64,000 bases of DNA from Eubacteriales bacterium. Its GTDB lineage: Bacteria; Bacillota; Clostridia; Oscillospirales; CAG-272. The stretch spans positions 6,747 through 70,746 of the forward strand of contig JAZONX010000039.1 of assembly GCA_045654725.1 (NCBI GenBank), given 5' to 3'. The notes beneath the pieces are model-generated. The model was not told the DNA's origin and searched no databases. It saw only the letters and a program-made list of their open reading frames with translations. Below, one piece after another: positions 18,636-27,660 of this stretch; positions within the stretch are counted from its first letter, which is position 1; the number at the start of each line of letters is the position of its first letter. A program made the translations under genes and the position numbers.

Positions 18636-18884
18636 ATCAGAACCCTCCTGATGCATTCTTTTTTTCGGACAATGTGCGACGAGGCACAAATCCTATATTT
18701 GTTTCGGTTAGAAAATTCATTTCCTTACCTCACTATGATTTTTTTAAATAAGGTTGAAAAAATTAAAAAATATGGTATAATAAAATAAAAGATTTACTCC
18801 GCTTTAATTAGCGGTGTGATATAATTTTTGTATAGGCTATTTATTTTCACGTGAGATCACGGTGATAAAACGGAGATTCAGAGT

Positions 18885-20240
18885 ATGAAAATTGTAATTA
18901 TAGGTCTTGGAACGATTGGAAAGACCATACTTAAAAATCTATCTGCGGAGGATCACAGAATTACTATCATTGACGAGGATAAGGAAAAGATAGAAACTCT
19001 CATTGAAAAGTATGACGTGTCCGGCGTCGTTGGCAACGGTGCGTGCATCGACATTCAAAAGGAAGCCGGCGTCAAGGGAGCAGATTTGGCAATCGTACTT
19101 ACCGATAGCGACGAGCTTAACATTTTTGCCTGCCTTGTTGCCAAGAAAATGGGCGTTAAAAACACTATCACTCGTGTTAGAAACCCTGATTACAGAAAGC
19201 AGATCATGGCAATGAAGGACGAGCTCGGAATTTCTATGATAGTAAATCCCGAGAGAGATACTGCCACAGAAATTTTCAATCTCATCAACCTTCCTTCGCT
19301 GGCTCAGATAGATCACTTCGCAAACGGCAGAGTTCTGCTTGTTGAAATAGTTGCAGAGAAGGGATGCTCCTTGATTGGAGAAACCCTTACCTCAATTGGT
19401 AGAAAGCTTGCAACCAGAGTTCTTATTTGCGCAGTACAAAGAGGACAAGATGTTATTATCCCTACCGGTAACTTTAAAATTGAGGAGGGTGACAGAATAC
19501 ACCTGACCTCGGACGCCAAGTCTTTGCGCGATTTCCTCTCGGAGGTTAATCTTGTAACCTCTCCGCTGAAGAATATTATGATTGTCGGTGGAAGCAAGAT
19601 TGCCTATTATCTCTCCGACGAACTTTCCAGAAAGAAGTATAAAATCAAGCTGATTGAGGCTGACAAAGAAAATGCCGAGGTGCTTGCAGACAGCCTTCCT
19701 CGCGTTACCGTAATTCACGGAAACGGAACTCATCACGATCTCCTCCTTGAGGAGGGAATCGAGGCGGTTGACGCCTTTGTTGCGCTGACCAATACCGATG
19801 AGGAAAATATGGTTCTATCGATGTTCGCGCATAAGATGAAGGTTAAAAAGCCCATCACACAGATTAAGGGCGATGATTTGTACGGTATGCTGGACGAGCT
19901 TGGAATTAACAACATTGTTTCTCCGAAGAGCATCGTGTCTGACAGAATTACCAGCTATATTCGCGCGCTTGCCAATAAGCGTGGAAGTAACGTGCTCACC
20001 CTTTACCGCTTGGTAAATAATCAGGTTGAGGCTTTGGAGTTTCTTGCCAAAAAGCAGGGTAGGATATACGAAAAGCCTCTCAGAGAGCTTAAAATCAAGC
20101 ACAACTGCCTGATTGCCTGCATTATTCGTCAGAATGAGGTTATTATCCCCGACGGTAATTCCTGCATCAGTCTTGGTGATAACGTTATCGTAGTAACCAC
20201 CCATAAGAACTTTGATGACCTGACGGACATCTTCGATTAA
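18885..20240 (+). CDS. trkA: Trk potassium uptake protein, NAD-binding subunit TrkA
   Basis: Two tandem RCK units, each starting with a Rossmann motif (IIGLGTIGK; IVGGSKIAYY). Confidence 0.9.
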   Translation: MKIVIIGLGTIGKTILKNLSAEDHRITIIDEDKEKIETLIEKYDVSGVVGNGACIDIQKEAGVKGADLAIVLTDSDELNIFACLVAKKMGVKNTITRVRNPDYRKQIMAMKDELGISMIVNPERDTATEIFNLINLPSLAQIDHFANGRVLLVEIVAEKGCSLIGETLTSIGRKLATRVLICAVQRGQDVIIPTGNFKIEEGDRIHLTSDAKSLRDFLSEVNLVTSPLKNIMIVGGSKIAYYLSDELSRKKYKIKLIEADKENAEVLADSLPRVTVIHGNGTHHDLLLEEGIEAVDAFVALTNTDEENMVLSMFAHKMKVKKPITQIKGDDLYGMLDELGINNIVSPKSIVSDRITSYIRALANKRGSNVLTLYRLVNNQVEALEFLAKKQGRIYEKPLRELKIKHNCLIACIIRQNEVIIPDGNSCISLGDNVIVVTTHKNFDDLTDIFD

Positions 20241-20253
20241 GGTACGGCTTTAT

Positions 20254-21837
20254 ATGAACTATAAGAAATTAGGTAAAATACTCGGCAAGATAATGATACT
20301 TGAAGCCATTCTCATGTTGGCTCCTCTTGCTGTAGCTATAATTTATAACGAAGGCCTAAGGAACATTCTTGCCTTCGCTATTCCGATTGTCCTCATTACT
20401 ACTTTGGGATTGCTTTTGCAAATTCCAAAGCCCAAGAGGAACACGATGTATCAGAAGGAGGGCTTTGCCTTAACCGCCCTGGTGTGGATTTTGATGACGT
20501 TCCTCGGCGCAATTCCCTTCGTGATTAACAAGGATATTCCTAACTATGTTGATGCCTGCTTCGAGATGATGTCGGGCTTTACCACAACGGGATCAAGTGT
20601 TATCACCGACATTACGGCGGTATCTCACTCCACTCTGTTCTGGAGAAGCTTTTCTCACTGGATAGGCGGTATGGGTATTCTGGTATTTGTGCTGATATTC
20701 ATTCCCGAAAGCGACGACGGTTCGTCGATGCATCTTCTTCGTGCAGAGAGCCCCGGCCCCCAGGTTGGTAAGCTTGTTTCAAAAATGAAGGTGACTACGA
20801 GAATACTGTATCTCATCTATCTCGGTATGACCGCGCTTGAGATCGTTATTCTTTGCCTCGGTCCGCTGACCGATTATAACGCAATGTGCGAGGCGCTCGG
20901 CGAAACGGCTGCCACCGCATATCATAATGACAAGGTATTCCACGCGTTTCTTACATCCTTTGGCTGTGCAGGTACCGGTGGATTCGGATTTATTCCCGGA
21001 AGCATAGAGTATTTCACCCCTGTTGCACAGTACGTAATGTCTATATTCCTCATTCTCTTTGGCATTAACTTTAGTCTGTATTATCTCCTTCTTATCGGAA
21101 GGGCAAAGCAGGTCTTCAAGAGCGAAGAGTTTTTGAGCTATTTCCTGATCATTATTGGAGCGGTAGCCTTCGTGTTTATCAGCCTTGTTGGCAAATTTGA
21201 AGCCTTCCCACAGACCTATACAACAGAGGAGGCGTTTAGACACTCGCTGTTCCAGGTAGTGTCGCTAATAACTACCGCAGGCTTTTCAACCACTGATTTC
21301 AATCTTTGGCCTATGTTGGGCAGAATGTCGTTGATAGTGGTAATGTTCATCGGTGCTATGGCGGGCTCGACCGCGGGTGGCATTAAGCTATCGCGAATTA
21401 TTATCGCCATCAAGGGCGCATATATCAACGTCAGAAAGCTTATAAATCCTCGTTATGTTCCCAAGGCGAAATTCGAGGGAAAATCACTGGAGGAAAAAAC
21501 GATAAGCGATGTGTTTGCATTTATTACGCTCTATTTCTTCCTGTTTATTGCGGCTCTGTTCCTTCTGTCATTCGACCCTGTCAACGGCAGTGTTGCGGTG
21601 GTATCATCCGATGCGGGAACGTATGCAGTAGAACATGGTTTCTTCAGCAATTTCTCTGCTGTGCTGACCTGTATTTCCAACGTTGGACCTGCCTTTGAGG
21701 CGGTTGGTCCTTATGCGAGCTTTGCGGAATACAGCTATTTCTCCAAGATCATTTTAACTTTGACAATGATGCTTGGCAGACTTGAGATTTTGCCGGTTTT
21801 AATTCTCTTTAACCCAAAAACCTGGAAGAAAATCTAA
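20254..21837 (+). CDS. trkH: Trk potassium uptake protein, membrane subunit TrkH
   Basis: Polytopic protein with selectivity-filter-like MSGFTTTGSS, CAGTGGFG and TTAGFST repeats. It lies immediately downstream of trkA. Confidence 0.9.
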   Translation: MNYKKLGKILGKIMILEAILMLAPLAVAIIYNEGLRNILAFAIPIVLITTLGLLLQIPKPKRNTMYQKEGFALTALVWILMTFLGAIPFVINKDIPNYVDACFEMMSGFTTTGSSVITDITAVSHSTLFWRSFSHWIGGMGILVFVLIFIPESDDGSSMHLLRAESPGPQVGKLVSKMKVTTRILYLIYLGMTALEIVILCLGPLTDYNAMCEALGETAATAYHNDKVFHAFLTSFGCAGTGGFGFIPGSIEYFTPVAQYVMSIFLILFGINFSLYYLLLIGRAKQVFKSEEFLSYFLIIIGAVAFVFISLVGKFEAFPQTYTTEEAFRHSLFQVVSLITTAGFSTTDFNLWPMLGRMSLIVVMFIGAMAGSTAGGIKLSRIIIAIKGAYINVRKLINPRYVPKAKFEGKSLEEKTISDVFAFITLYFFLFIAALFLLSFDPVNGSVAVVSSDAGTYAVEHGFFSNFSAVLTCISNVGPAFEAVGPYASFAEYSYFSKIILTLTMMLGRLEILPVLILFNPKTWKKI

Positions 21838-21971
21838 CGCTTGATATTATAAACCTTTTCGCGTTTTTTGTCAAGACAGCTATATTCATAATGAAAAAGA
21901 ACGGCATCAGCGTTTTGCTCCGTTAATGGGGCGCGCATCTGCCGTTCTTTTGTTTTGCCGATAAGCAAATA

Positions 21972-23165
21972 TTATTCGGTGGTATAATTATCGAAATATC
22001 CCTGGATATAGACTATGGGCGTACCCTTGTCACCCGAGCCCGAGGTAAGGTCACAGAGCGAGCCGATAAGATCGGTGAGCTGACGGGGAGTGGTGCCCTC
22101 GGATGCCATATTTCCAACAAGATTTTTGTCCTTTTTCTCAATTTCGGATTTGATAGCCTCCTTGAGCGCATCTCCTGAGAGGGATGCGAAGGCGTTATCT
22201 GCGAGGTATTTGAGCTTCAGCTCGTTGGGGGTACCCTCAAGTCCTGAGGTGTAAGCGGGAGAAACAACCGGGTCTGCCAGTTCCCAAATCTTACCCACGG
22301 GATCCTTGAATGCGCCGTCGCCGTAAACCATAACTTCTACGTGCTTGCCGGTTTTCTCAAGCATACGTGCCTGAATATCTTCGACAAGGCTCTGGCAATC
22401 GCGGGGGAAGAGCTTAACCTGTTCCTCGGTTGCTTTGTTAGAGCCGAGAAGTCCGTAATGCTCGTTGTATCCCGAGCCGTTTACCGAGCTTGCAAGGATT
22501 TCGTCCATACCGTATACGGTTTTTGCGCCCGCATTTCTTAAGATACGGCGTGTGCGATGTCTGGTGTGAATGTCGCAGTTAAGCACCGAGCTTGTGTAAT
22601 CCAAAATTGCCCTGGGGTTGTTTGCAAAGATAATTTCGCACTCCGCACCTTCGCCACGGATAAGGCTTTCATAGTACTCAACGTAGTCAACACCGGTGAA
22701 ACGATGCTTTTCATAGCCGAAAAGCTGACGATATTTTTTAAGATCAAGAACGTCCTTGTAGGGATCAACACCCTTCTCATCGAGAACGTCAAGACTTACA
22801 AGATGATTTCCAACTTCGTCGGAAGGATAGGAGAGCATGAGAACAACCTTTTTTGCGCCTCTTGCGATACCCTTAAGACAGATTGCAAAACGGTTTCTGC
22901 TGAGAATGGGGAAGATAACACCTATTTCACCCTCGGGGAACTTGGATTTCACGTCTGCGGCAATATCGTCAATCGTAGCATAGTTGCCCTGCGCACGAGC
23001 AACGATAGCCTCGGTCATCGCGATTATATCTCTGTCGCGGATTTCAAAGCCCGCATCGGCAGATGCATCAAGAATAGAGGAGGTAACGATGTCAACAAGA
23101 TTATCTCCGTTTCTGATAATCGGTGCGCGCACCCCTCTTGATACTGTTCCTATCATACGACTCAT
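21972..23165 (-). CDS. CofE-like (F420-0:gamma-glutamyl ligase family) protein, function unknown here
   Basis: The N-terminal part (GVRAPIIRNGDNLVDIV...IIAMTEAIVARAQGN) resembles the CofE fold. At 397 aa it is longer than canonical CofE. Confidence 0.45.
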   Translation of the reverse strand: MSRMIGTVSRGVRAPIIRNGDNLVDIVTSSILDASADAGFEIRDRDIIAMTEAIVARAQGNYATIDDIAADVKSKFPEGEIGVIFPILSRNRFAICLKGIARGAKKVVLMLSYPSDEVGNHLVSLDVLDEKGVDPYKDVLDLKKYRQLFGYEKHRFTGVDYVEYYESLIRGEGAECEIIFANNPRAILDYTSSVLNCDIHTRHRTRRILRNAGAKTVYGMDEILASSVNGSGYNEHYGLLGSNKATEEQVKLFPRDCQSLVEDIQARMLEKTGKHVEVMVYGDGAFKDPVGKIWELADPVVSPAYTSGLEGTPNELKLKYLADNAFASLSGDALKEAIKSEIEKKDKNLVGNMASEGTTPRQLTDLIGSLCDLTSGSGDKGTPIVYIQGYFDNYTTE

Positions 23166-23413
23166 GGCAAGTCTCCCTTCGTAGAAAGCGATAAATTTAA
23201 TACCTTATTATTATACCAAAAAGCAGAGTGTTTGTAAAGTCATTTTCAATAAAAAATACACAAATTTCTGTTAATTTACACCTCACACAAAAGGTTGATT
23301 CTTTCTAAAATTCCAACGAGTATGATAACATCTAGAACTCCAAATAAACGCAAAAAACGACCATAATGCAAATAATACGTTGCATTATAGCCGGTTTTGG
23401 CGGGATTTATATG

Positions 23414-23776
23414 TTATTTCTGAATTGTTTTCTTGATAGCTTCGAGAGATTCGTCGCTGATGTGATGCTCGATTTTGCAGGCGTCAGCTGAAGCAACTTC
23501 GGGATCAACTCCGATGGAGGTAAGAAATTCGGTGAGAATTTTGTGTCTTTGATATATCTTTTGTGCCGTTTCTCTACCGCTATCTGTAAGCGAGAGATAA
23601 CCGTCATCATCAACATTTACGTATCCGCCCTTTTTAAGTAGACCGATAGCGCGGCTAACGCTGGGCTTTGAAAATCCCATCTCCTCGCATACATCTATCG
23701 AGCGAACGTGTGAGCGCTTCTGAGTGAGTATTAAGATGGTTTCAAGGTACATCTGACCTGACTCTTGTAAATTCAT
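23414..23776 (-). CDS. DtxR/MntR-family metal-dependent transcriptional regulator (short form)
   Basis: MYLETILIL...VRSIDVCEEMGFSKPSVSRAI wHTH, followed by a HKILTEFL dimerisation helix. Confidence 0.75.
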   Translation of the reverse strand: MNLQESGQMYLETILILTQKRSHVRSIDVCEEMGFSKPSVSRAIGLLKKGGYVNVDDDGYLSLTDSGRETAQKIYQRHKILTEFLTSIGVDPEVASADACKIEHHISDESLEAIKKTIQK

Positions 23777-24028
23777 GGTATATCTCCGTTTTGAAGTTAG
23801 TTTAAATTGAATAATTAATTGAGTATCGTTCTGTAGTAATTAAATAGATTATAGCAATTTAATAGAATTATACCATAAAGATTAAAGATTGTAAAGGGGA
23901 TAGTAAAGAAAAAAGGCCATCATTGGATGGTCTTTTTGTAAAGATGCTACAATAAAATATTATTGAGGGTTGTCGCCAGGATTTGAACTCAAACAGGGGT
24001 TAATGTTTGATGATTGGTCTAGATGGTG

Positions 24029-24319
24029 TCAAAGTGCGCCTAAAAAACCAATCATAAATCCAAAGCAAAATGAAACCGCCCACGAAATGATCGCTGTAAT
24101 ACCGCAGGCTTGAGCTTTTTTGGGAGCTTCCTTGTGTTTTAAAGGCCAATATATAATTCCAAATAAAGGAATTAAAGCCGCTAAAACGCAAAGGCCAACA
24201 CTGACATTGTCATTAGTAATTTCTTGAGGCACTCCTGGATTAACTACTGCACAGCCACAATTGGGGCAAACTATTGCTTCCTCAAAAATCTCTTTTCCAC
24301 ATTTCGAACAGAATTTCAT
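24029..24319 (-). CDS. Zinc-ribbon membrane protein
   Basis: N-terminal CSKCG...CPNCG zinc ribbon followed by two hydrophobic helices. Lies in AT-rich sequence. Confidence 0.6.
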   Translation of the reverse strand: MKFCSKCGKEIFEEAIVCPNCGCAVVNPGVPQEITNDNVSVGLCVLAALIPLFGIIYWPLKHKEAPKKAQACGITAIISWAVSFCFGFMIGFLGAL

Positions 24320-24340
24320 AAAAGTTCTCCTTCAAATAAA

Positions 24341-24381
24341 TATACCAAAATGGGATATATTAATTATACCAGAATGGTATA
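24341..24381. promoter_or_regulatory. Two operator-like palindromes in the divergent promoter region
   Basis: TATACCA-AAA-TGGGATA (24341-24357, 6/7 symmetric) and the perfect TATACCA-GAA-TGGTATA (24365-24381). The second overlaps a TATAAT (24378-24383) that faces the XRE gene. Confidence 0.55.
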
Positions 24382-24417
24382 ATGATGTCAATAGGTTTTA
24401 CAAAAAAAGGAGAAAAA

Positions 24418-24621
24418 ATGGAATTTAGGCTCAAATCCTTGCGAAAAGCGCGAAAAATTTCGCAATTAAAGCTCGCCCTTGACTTAAATATGAATCAAAA
24501 CACGATATCAAGATATGAAAATTTGGAAAGAGAAGCAGATTATGAAACGCTAATAAAATTTGCTAATTATTTTGATGTTACGCTTGATTATTTGCTTGGA
24601 AGAACAGATAAAGAAAAATAA
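24418..24621 (+). CDS. XRE-family HTH transcriptional regulator
   Basis: ISQLKLALDLNMNQNTISRYE HTH motif. Start set at ATG 24418 after AAGGAGA. Confidence 0.8.
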   Translation: MEFRLKSLRKARKISQLKLALDLNMNQNTISRYENLEREADYETLIKFANYFDVTLDYLLGRTDKEK

Positions 24622-24658
24622 AGGTTTTAGTTGCAATGATGCTTCTAAAACCTTTTTT
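24622..24658 (+). terminator. Intrinsic terminator after the XRE gene
   Basis: Stem AGGTTTTAG/CTAAAACCT followed by a T6 run. Confidence 0.7.
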
Positions 24659-24664
24659 ATTGCA

Positions 24665-24815
24665 AGAACGGAACTAGGGTATTCGCCTTTGGCGAAGATA
24701 CCCACGACCCGTGCCTGACAAGCGCGCTTGTCGATCTTCGGTCTGCGAATGCGAAGCCTTGTTGCGTCAAGGACGCAACAACCGGGCTCAAAGCCGTGGT
24801 TAGGATGCCAAAAGA
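24665..24815. ncRNA. Candidate structured RNA (unclassified), strand undetermined
   Basis: A GC-rich block in AT-rich surroundings, bracketed by two terminators. It contains at least three strong local hairpins: GGGTAT..ATACCC at 24677-24703, the palindrome GACAAGCGCGCTTGTC at ~24716-24732, and GTTGCGTC-AAG-GACGCAAC at 24761-24779. No credible ORF. Confidence 0.3.
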
Positions 24816-24820
24816 AAGAA

Positions 24821-24846
24821 AACAGACCATCAAACGATGGTCTGTT
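24821..24846. terminator. Bidirectional terminator abutting the tRNA-Gln 3' end
   Basis: 11-bp stem AACAGACCATC/GATGGTCTGTT with loop AAAC, and T-runs on both strands. Confidence 0.7.
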
Positions 24847-24851
24847 TTCTT

Positions 24852-24925
24852 TGGCAGCGGAACTAGGATTCGAACCCAGACATACAGAGTCAGAGTCTGC
24901 TGTGCTACCTTTACACAATTCCGCT
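24852..24925 (-). tRNA. tRNA-Gln (anticodon CUG)
   Basis: Hand-folded cloverleaf on the minus strand. Acceptor AGCGGAA/TTCCGCT, anticodon stem GCAGA/TCTGT with loop CTCTGAC (anticodon CTG), T-arm CTGGG-TTCGAAT-CCTAG, discriminator G, and encoded CCA. Confidence 0.85.
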
Positions 24926-24944
24926 GTGTTTTTAGACGTTGACT

Positions 24945-24973
24945 ATTTTATCACAAAAAAAATGATTTGTCAA
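24945..24973 (-). promoter_or_regulatory. Promoter of tRNA-Gln
   Basis: On the minus strand: TTGACA, 17 nt, then TAAAAT with TGA (extended -10), about 20 nt upstream of the tRNA 5' end. Confidence 0.55.
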
Positions 24974-25372
24974 GTACTTTTTGTTGTTTTTTACAAAAAA
25001 ATATTTTTGCAACAGATATCCGTTTTTTGAGGGCGAATATCTGTTACAAAAAAAGATAGAAAAAGACTTAAAAAACCCTTTTAACTTTCAACGTAAATAA
25101 TTGTTTGCAAACAAAACTTTACAAAAACGAATTAGAGCCTTCGAAAAGTTTGTTTTCTTCGCGCGCATTATTATGCGCGAGAGCGTGTACGTATATATTA
25201 TTATTGTAGACTTTTGATTTTATAAAAAATCCCGAGAACTGAAATCCAGGCAAAAATATAGGTAAAAAAATGGATTAAAAAGTCGTTTTTATATTGAAAA
25301 ATAACGATTTTTTCATAAAAATTCATTTTTTTACGTAAATAATTGTTTACGTTCGAAATCCTGAGATTTTTG

Positions 25373-25993
25373 CTATCTTTGAATGAAATTTGTTCGGAAC
25401 TGATTTTCTCTTTTTGGCAATCCCAATGATTCCTTTCCTATTGCAATGCTCTTTGCAAGAAATGCGGCATTTCTGGCGAGGTTTCTCATGCACTGCATTC
25501 CCTCTTCATCAAGGGTTGCATCGTCGGCATTTGCTCCATGTACCTGATTCCAATAACTCGATGTTGCTATGGGCATACCCGAAATGCTAAAATACTTGTT
25601 TAGCACGTCAAACGTAGCCGTGCACCCTCCTCGTCTGGCACATACTACAGAAGCGCCGATTTTTCCTCGCTTTTCAAATTTTGTGCTGTAGAAGAGTCTG
25701 TCGAGGAAAGATATTAGTGTTCCCGCAGGTGCTGCGTAATAAACCGGTGAGCCGACGATCAATCCGTCAGCCTCCTCAAATTTTTTTGCGACCTCGTTTA
25801 CTTTGTCATCAAATACACATTTTCCCAGCTCGGAGCAGGTGTAACAACCTATACATCCTCTTATTGGCAGATGTCCTATGTGTATAATTTCGCTTTCGAT
25901 TCCTTCCTCGCGGAGGGTCCTTGCAACCTCGGTAAGTGCCGCATTGGTTGTTCCTGCCCCGTGAGGGCTTCCGTTGATCAACAAAAATTTCAT
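25373..25993 (-). CDS. Flavodoxin-like fold NAD(P)H-dependent FMN reductase / iron-sulfur flavoprotein family
   Basis: MKFLLINGSPHGAGTTN N-terminus and a Cys cluster CIGCYTCSELGKC. Start set at ATG 25993 after GGAGG. Confidence 0.7.
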   Translation of the reverse strand: MKFLLINGSPHGAGTTNAALTEVARTLREEGIESEIIHIGHLPIRGCIGCYTCSELGKCVFDDKVNEVAKKFEEADGLIVGSPVYYAAPAGTLISFLDRLFYSTKFEKRGKIGASVVCARRGGCTATFDVLNKYFSISGMPIATSSYWNQVHGANADDATLDEEGMQCMRNLARNAAFLAKSIAIGKESLGLPKRENQFRTNFIQR

Positions 25994-26180
25994 ATATTTT
26001 CCTCCGATTTGTTTCATAATATGCTTTTCGCATTGTCTTTGATACGCCTAACGACCTCATTATAGCACATTAGACGCTTGATTTCAATTGCATTTTGCTC
26101 TGTTTGCACTATTTTGGGAGTCCGGTTTTGGTGTTTTTCACAAAATTTACAAAAAATTAATAAAAAAAATTAACTTCTAC

Positions 26181-26209
26181 TTGAAAAACAAAATATCGTG
26201 TGTTATAAT
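26181..26209 (+). promoter_or_regulatory. Strong sigma-A-type promoter of the coaW-CBS-giant gene operon
   Basis: TTGAAA, 17 nt, then TATAAT with TGT (extended -10). A ~170-nt leader follows before ATG 26384. Confidence 0.55.
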
Positions 26210-26383
26210 AGTCACGTGAATCGTATATATACGCGCATTATTTGTATATAACATTGAGCGCGATTTATTGCAAGATTTCCAAGACGTGCAGTGCTAGGCC
26301 GCATGTAAGCAGCGGCAACTTGCTTCCCAAACATGGTCTTTTAGCCTTGAAAAGGGTTGATGGCGGAAAGGCGGTAGTTGACT

Positions 26384-27241
26384 ATGAGTGTTGTAATCGG
26401 AATTGACATAGGTGGTAGTACCACAAAAATTGTAGGTTTTTCGTGCACTGATAAGGGGTGGGAGCTTATCGAGCCGCAGATAATCAAAGCAAACGATCCG
26501 GTTACTGCAACATACGGAGCTTTTGGTAAGTTCACCGACGAAAATGGCCTGTTGATCAATGACATATCGAAGGTTATGATGACCGGTGTGGGAGCATCTC
26601 ACGTTAAAAAGAGTCTTTATGGGCTTGATTGTCATAGGGTTGCCGAGTTTGACAGTATCGGACGCGGTGGTACCTATCTTTCGAGTCTATCTGATGCCTT
26701 GGTAGTTAGTATGGGCACAGGAACCGCGATTGTCCACGCCAGAGCCGACGGAACAATGAAATATCTCGGCGGCACAGGTGTCGGCGGCGGAACGTTGATG
26801 GGACTTTCTAAGCTTCTGCTAAATGCAGAGTCAGTTGGATATATCGAGAAATATGCCGAATCCGGAAGCCTTGACAACGTCGATCTTCGTATTAAGGACA
26901 TGATTGCGTCTGACACAATCAGCCGACTCGAAGCCAATCTTACCGCATCCAATTTCGGTAAGCTCGATGATGCGGCGAGCAAGGCGGACGTTGCTCTTGG
27001 CATAATGAATCTCGTCTTTGAGACGGTGGGAATGATCTCTGTTTTTGCCGCAAAATCTGTTGGCGCAAAGAACGTAATACTCACAGGTAACGTCACAAGG
27101 CTTGAGCACTGCAAGCGTAAATTCGAGGAATTTAATAACCTTGAGGTGGCGCGCGGACTTAACTTCGTAATTCCCGAGCGTGCACGATTTGCTACTGCGA
27201 TCGGCGCCGCAATTATTGGAATCCAGCGAGGTGACGAATGA
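26384..27241 (+). CDS. coaW: Type II pantothenate kinase-like ASKHA ATPase
   Basis: GIDIGGSTTKIVGF phosphate-1 motif and GGTGVGGGTLMGLSKLLL, as in type II PanK. An assignment to another ASKHA family cannot be excluded. Confidence 0.6.
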   Translation: MSVVIGIDIGGSTTKIVGFSCTDKGWELIEPQIIKANDPVTATYGAFGKFTDENGLLINDISKVMMTGVGASHVKKSLYGLDCHRVAEFDSIGRGGTYLSSLSDALVVSMGTGTAIVHARADGTMKYLGGTGVGGGTLMGLSKLLLNAESVGYIEKYAESGSLDNVDLRIKDMIASDTISRLEANLTASNFGKLDDAASKADVALGIMNLVFETVGMISVFAAKSVGAKNVILTGNVTRLEHCKRKFEEFNNLEVARGLNFVIPERARFATAIGAAIIGIQRGDE

Positions 27242-27660
27242 ATATAATGCGCTTTGTCGTGCCCAAAAGCTTGGTTGAATACGTAACCGTGGATAGCACG
27301 ATACGTCAGGCTTTTGAGAAAATGCGTTTCCATAGATACGTTGCAATTCCCGTTATTGACGGAGAAGGTCGCTACGTTGGAACGCTTCGTAATGATGACA
27401 TTTTCGAATACTTCCTGCAGGTGGGCAGCTTCGACACCCACAACGCAGAGAGGGATAACGTTGTTGATATAATTGATAAAAAACGCTCTACACCTTTGTA
27501 TCACGATGCATCGATGGATGAGCTTATCGAGCGTGTCTGCGAGCATAATTTTGTTCCCGTTGTGGACGACAGAGGATGCTTTGTTGGAATAATTTTGCGA
27601 AAAGACATACTCAATTTTCTATTCAAAAAATATAAAAATGACATAAAGGGGGGGAATTGA
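27238..27660 (+). CDS. CBS-domain pair protein
   Basis: ATGA overlap with the coaW stop. Two CBS-like units (HRYVAIPVIDGEGRYVGTL; HNFVPVVDDRGCFVGIIL). Confidence 0.8.
   Translation: MNIMRFVVPKSLVEYVTVDSTIRQAFEKMRFHRYVAIPVIDGEGRYVGTLRNDDIFEYFLQVGSFDTHNAERDNVVDIIDKKRSTPLYHDASMDELIERVCEHNFVPVVDDRGCFVGIILRKDILNFLFKKYKNDIKGGN

Noticed and set aside
18690-18884. c-di-AMP (ydaO-type) riboswitch upstream of trkA
   Set aside because: The region is short and AT-rich, with an evident promoter (TTGAAA…TGGTATAAT). It lacks the long pseudo-symmetric GC-containing helices of that class.
24665-24925. The 10-nt match CGGAACTAGG (24669-24678 versus the tRNA-Gln 3' part) as an att-site direct repeat of an integrated element
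   Set aside because: The match is short, the enclosed segment would be only ~170 bp, and there is no integrase. It may be chance or a very old scar, so it is mentioned only as context.
24728-25030. 100-aa ORF on the plus strand
   Set aside because: It overlaps the tRNA-Gln gene and its promoter and terminator on the opposite strand, has no SD, and its composition is driven by the structured or AT-rich DNA.
25031-25372. Repeated ACGTAAATAATTGTTT motif (25091-25106 and 25333-25348), nearby palindromes (TTGTTTGCAAACAA; ACGTAAA-N6-TTTACGT; CGCGCAT-TATT-ATGCGCG), and possible small RNA or operator sites
   Set aside because: These are real sequence features, but they sit in a gene-less AT-rich spacer downstream of a convergent gene, with no promoter or target gene I can tie them to. 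That is too little to assign a function.
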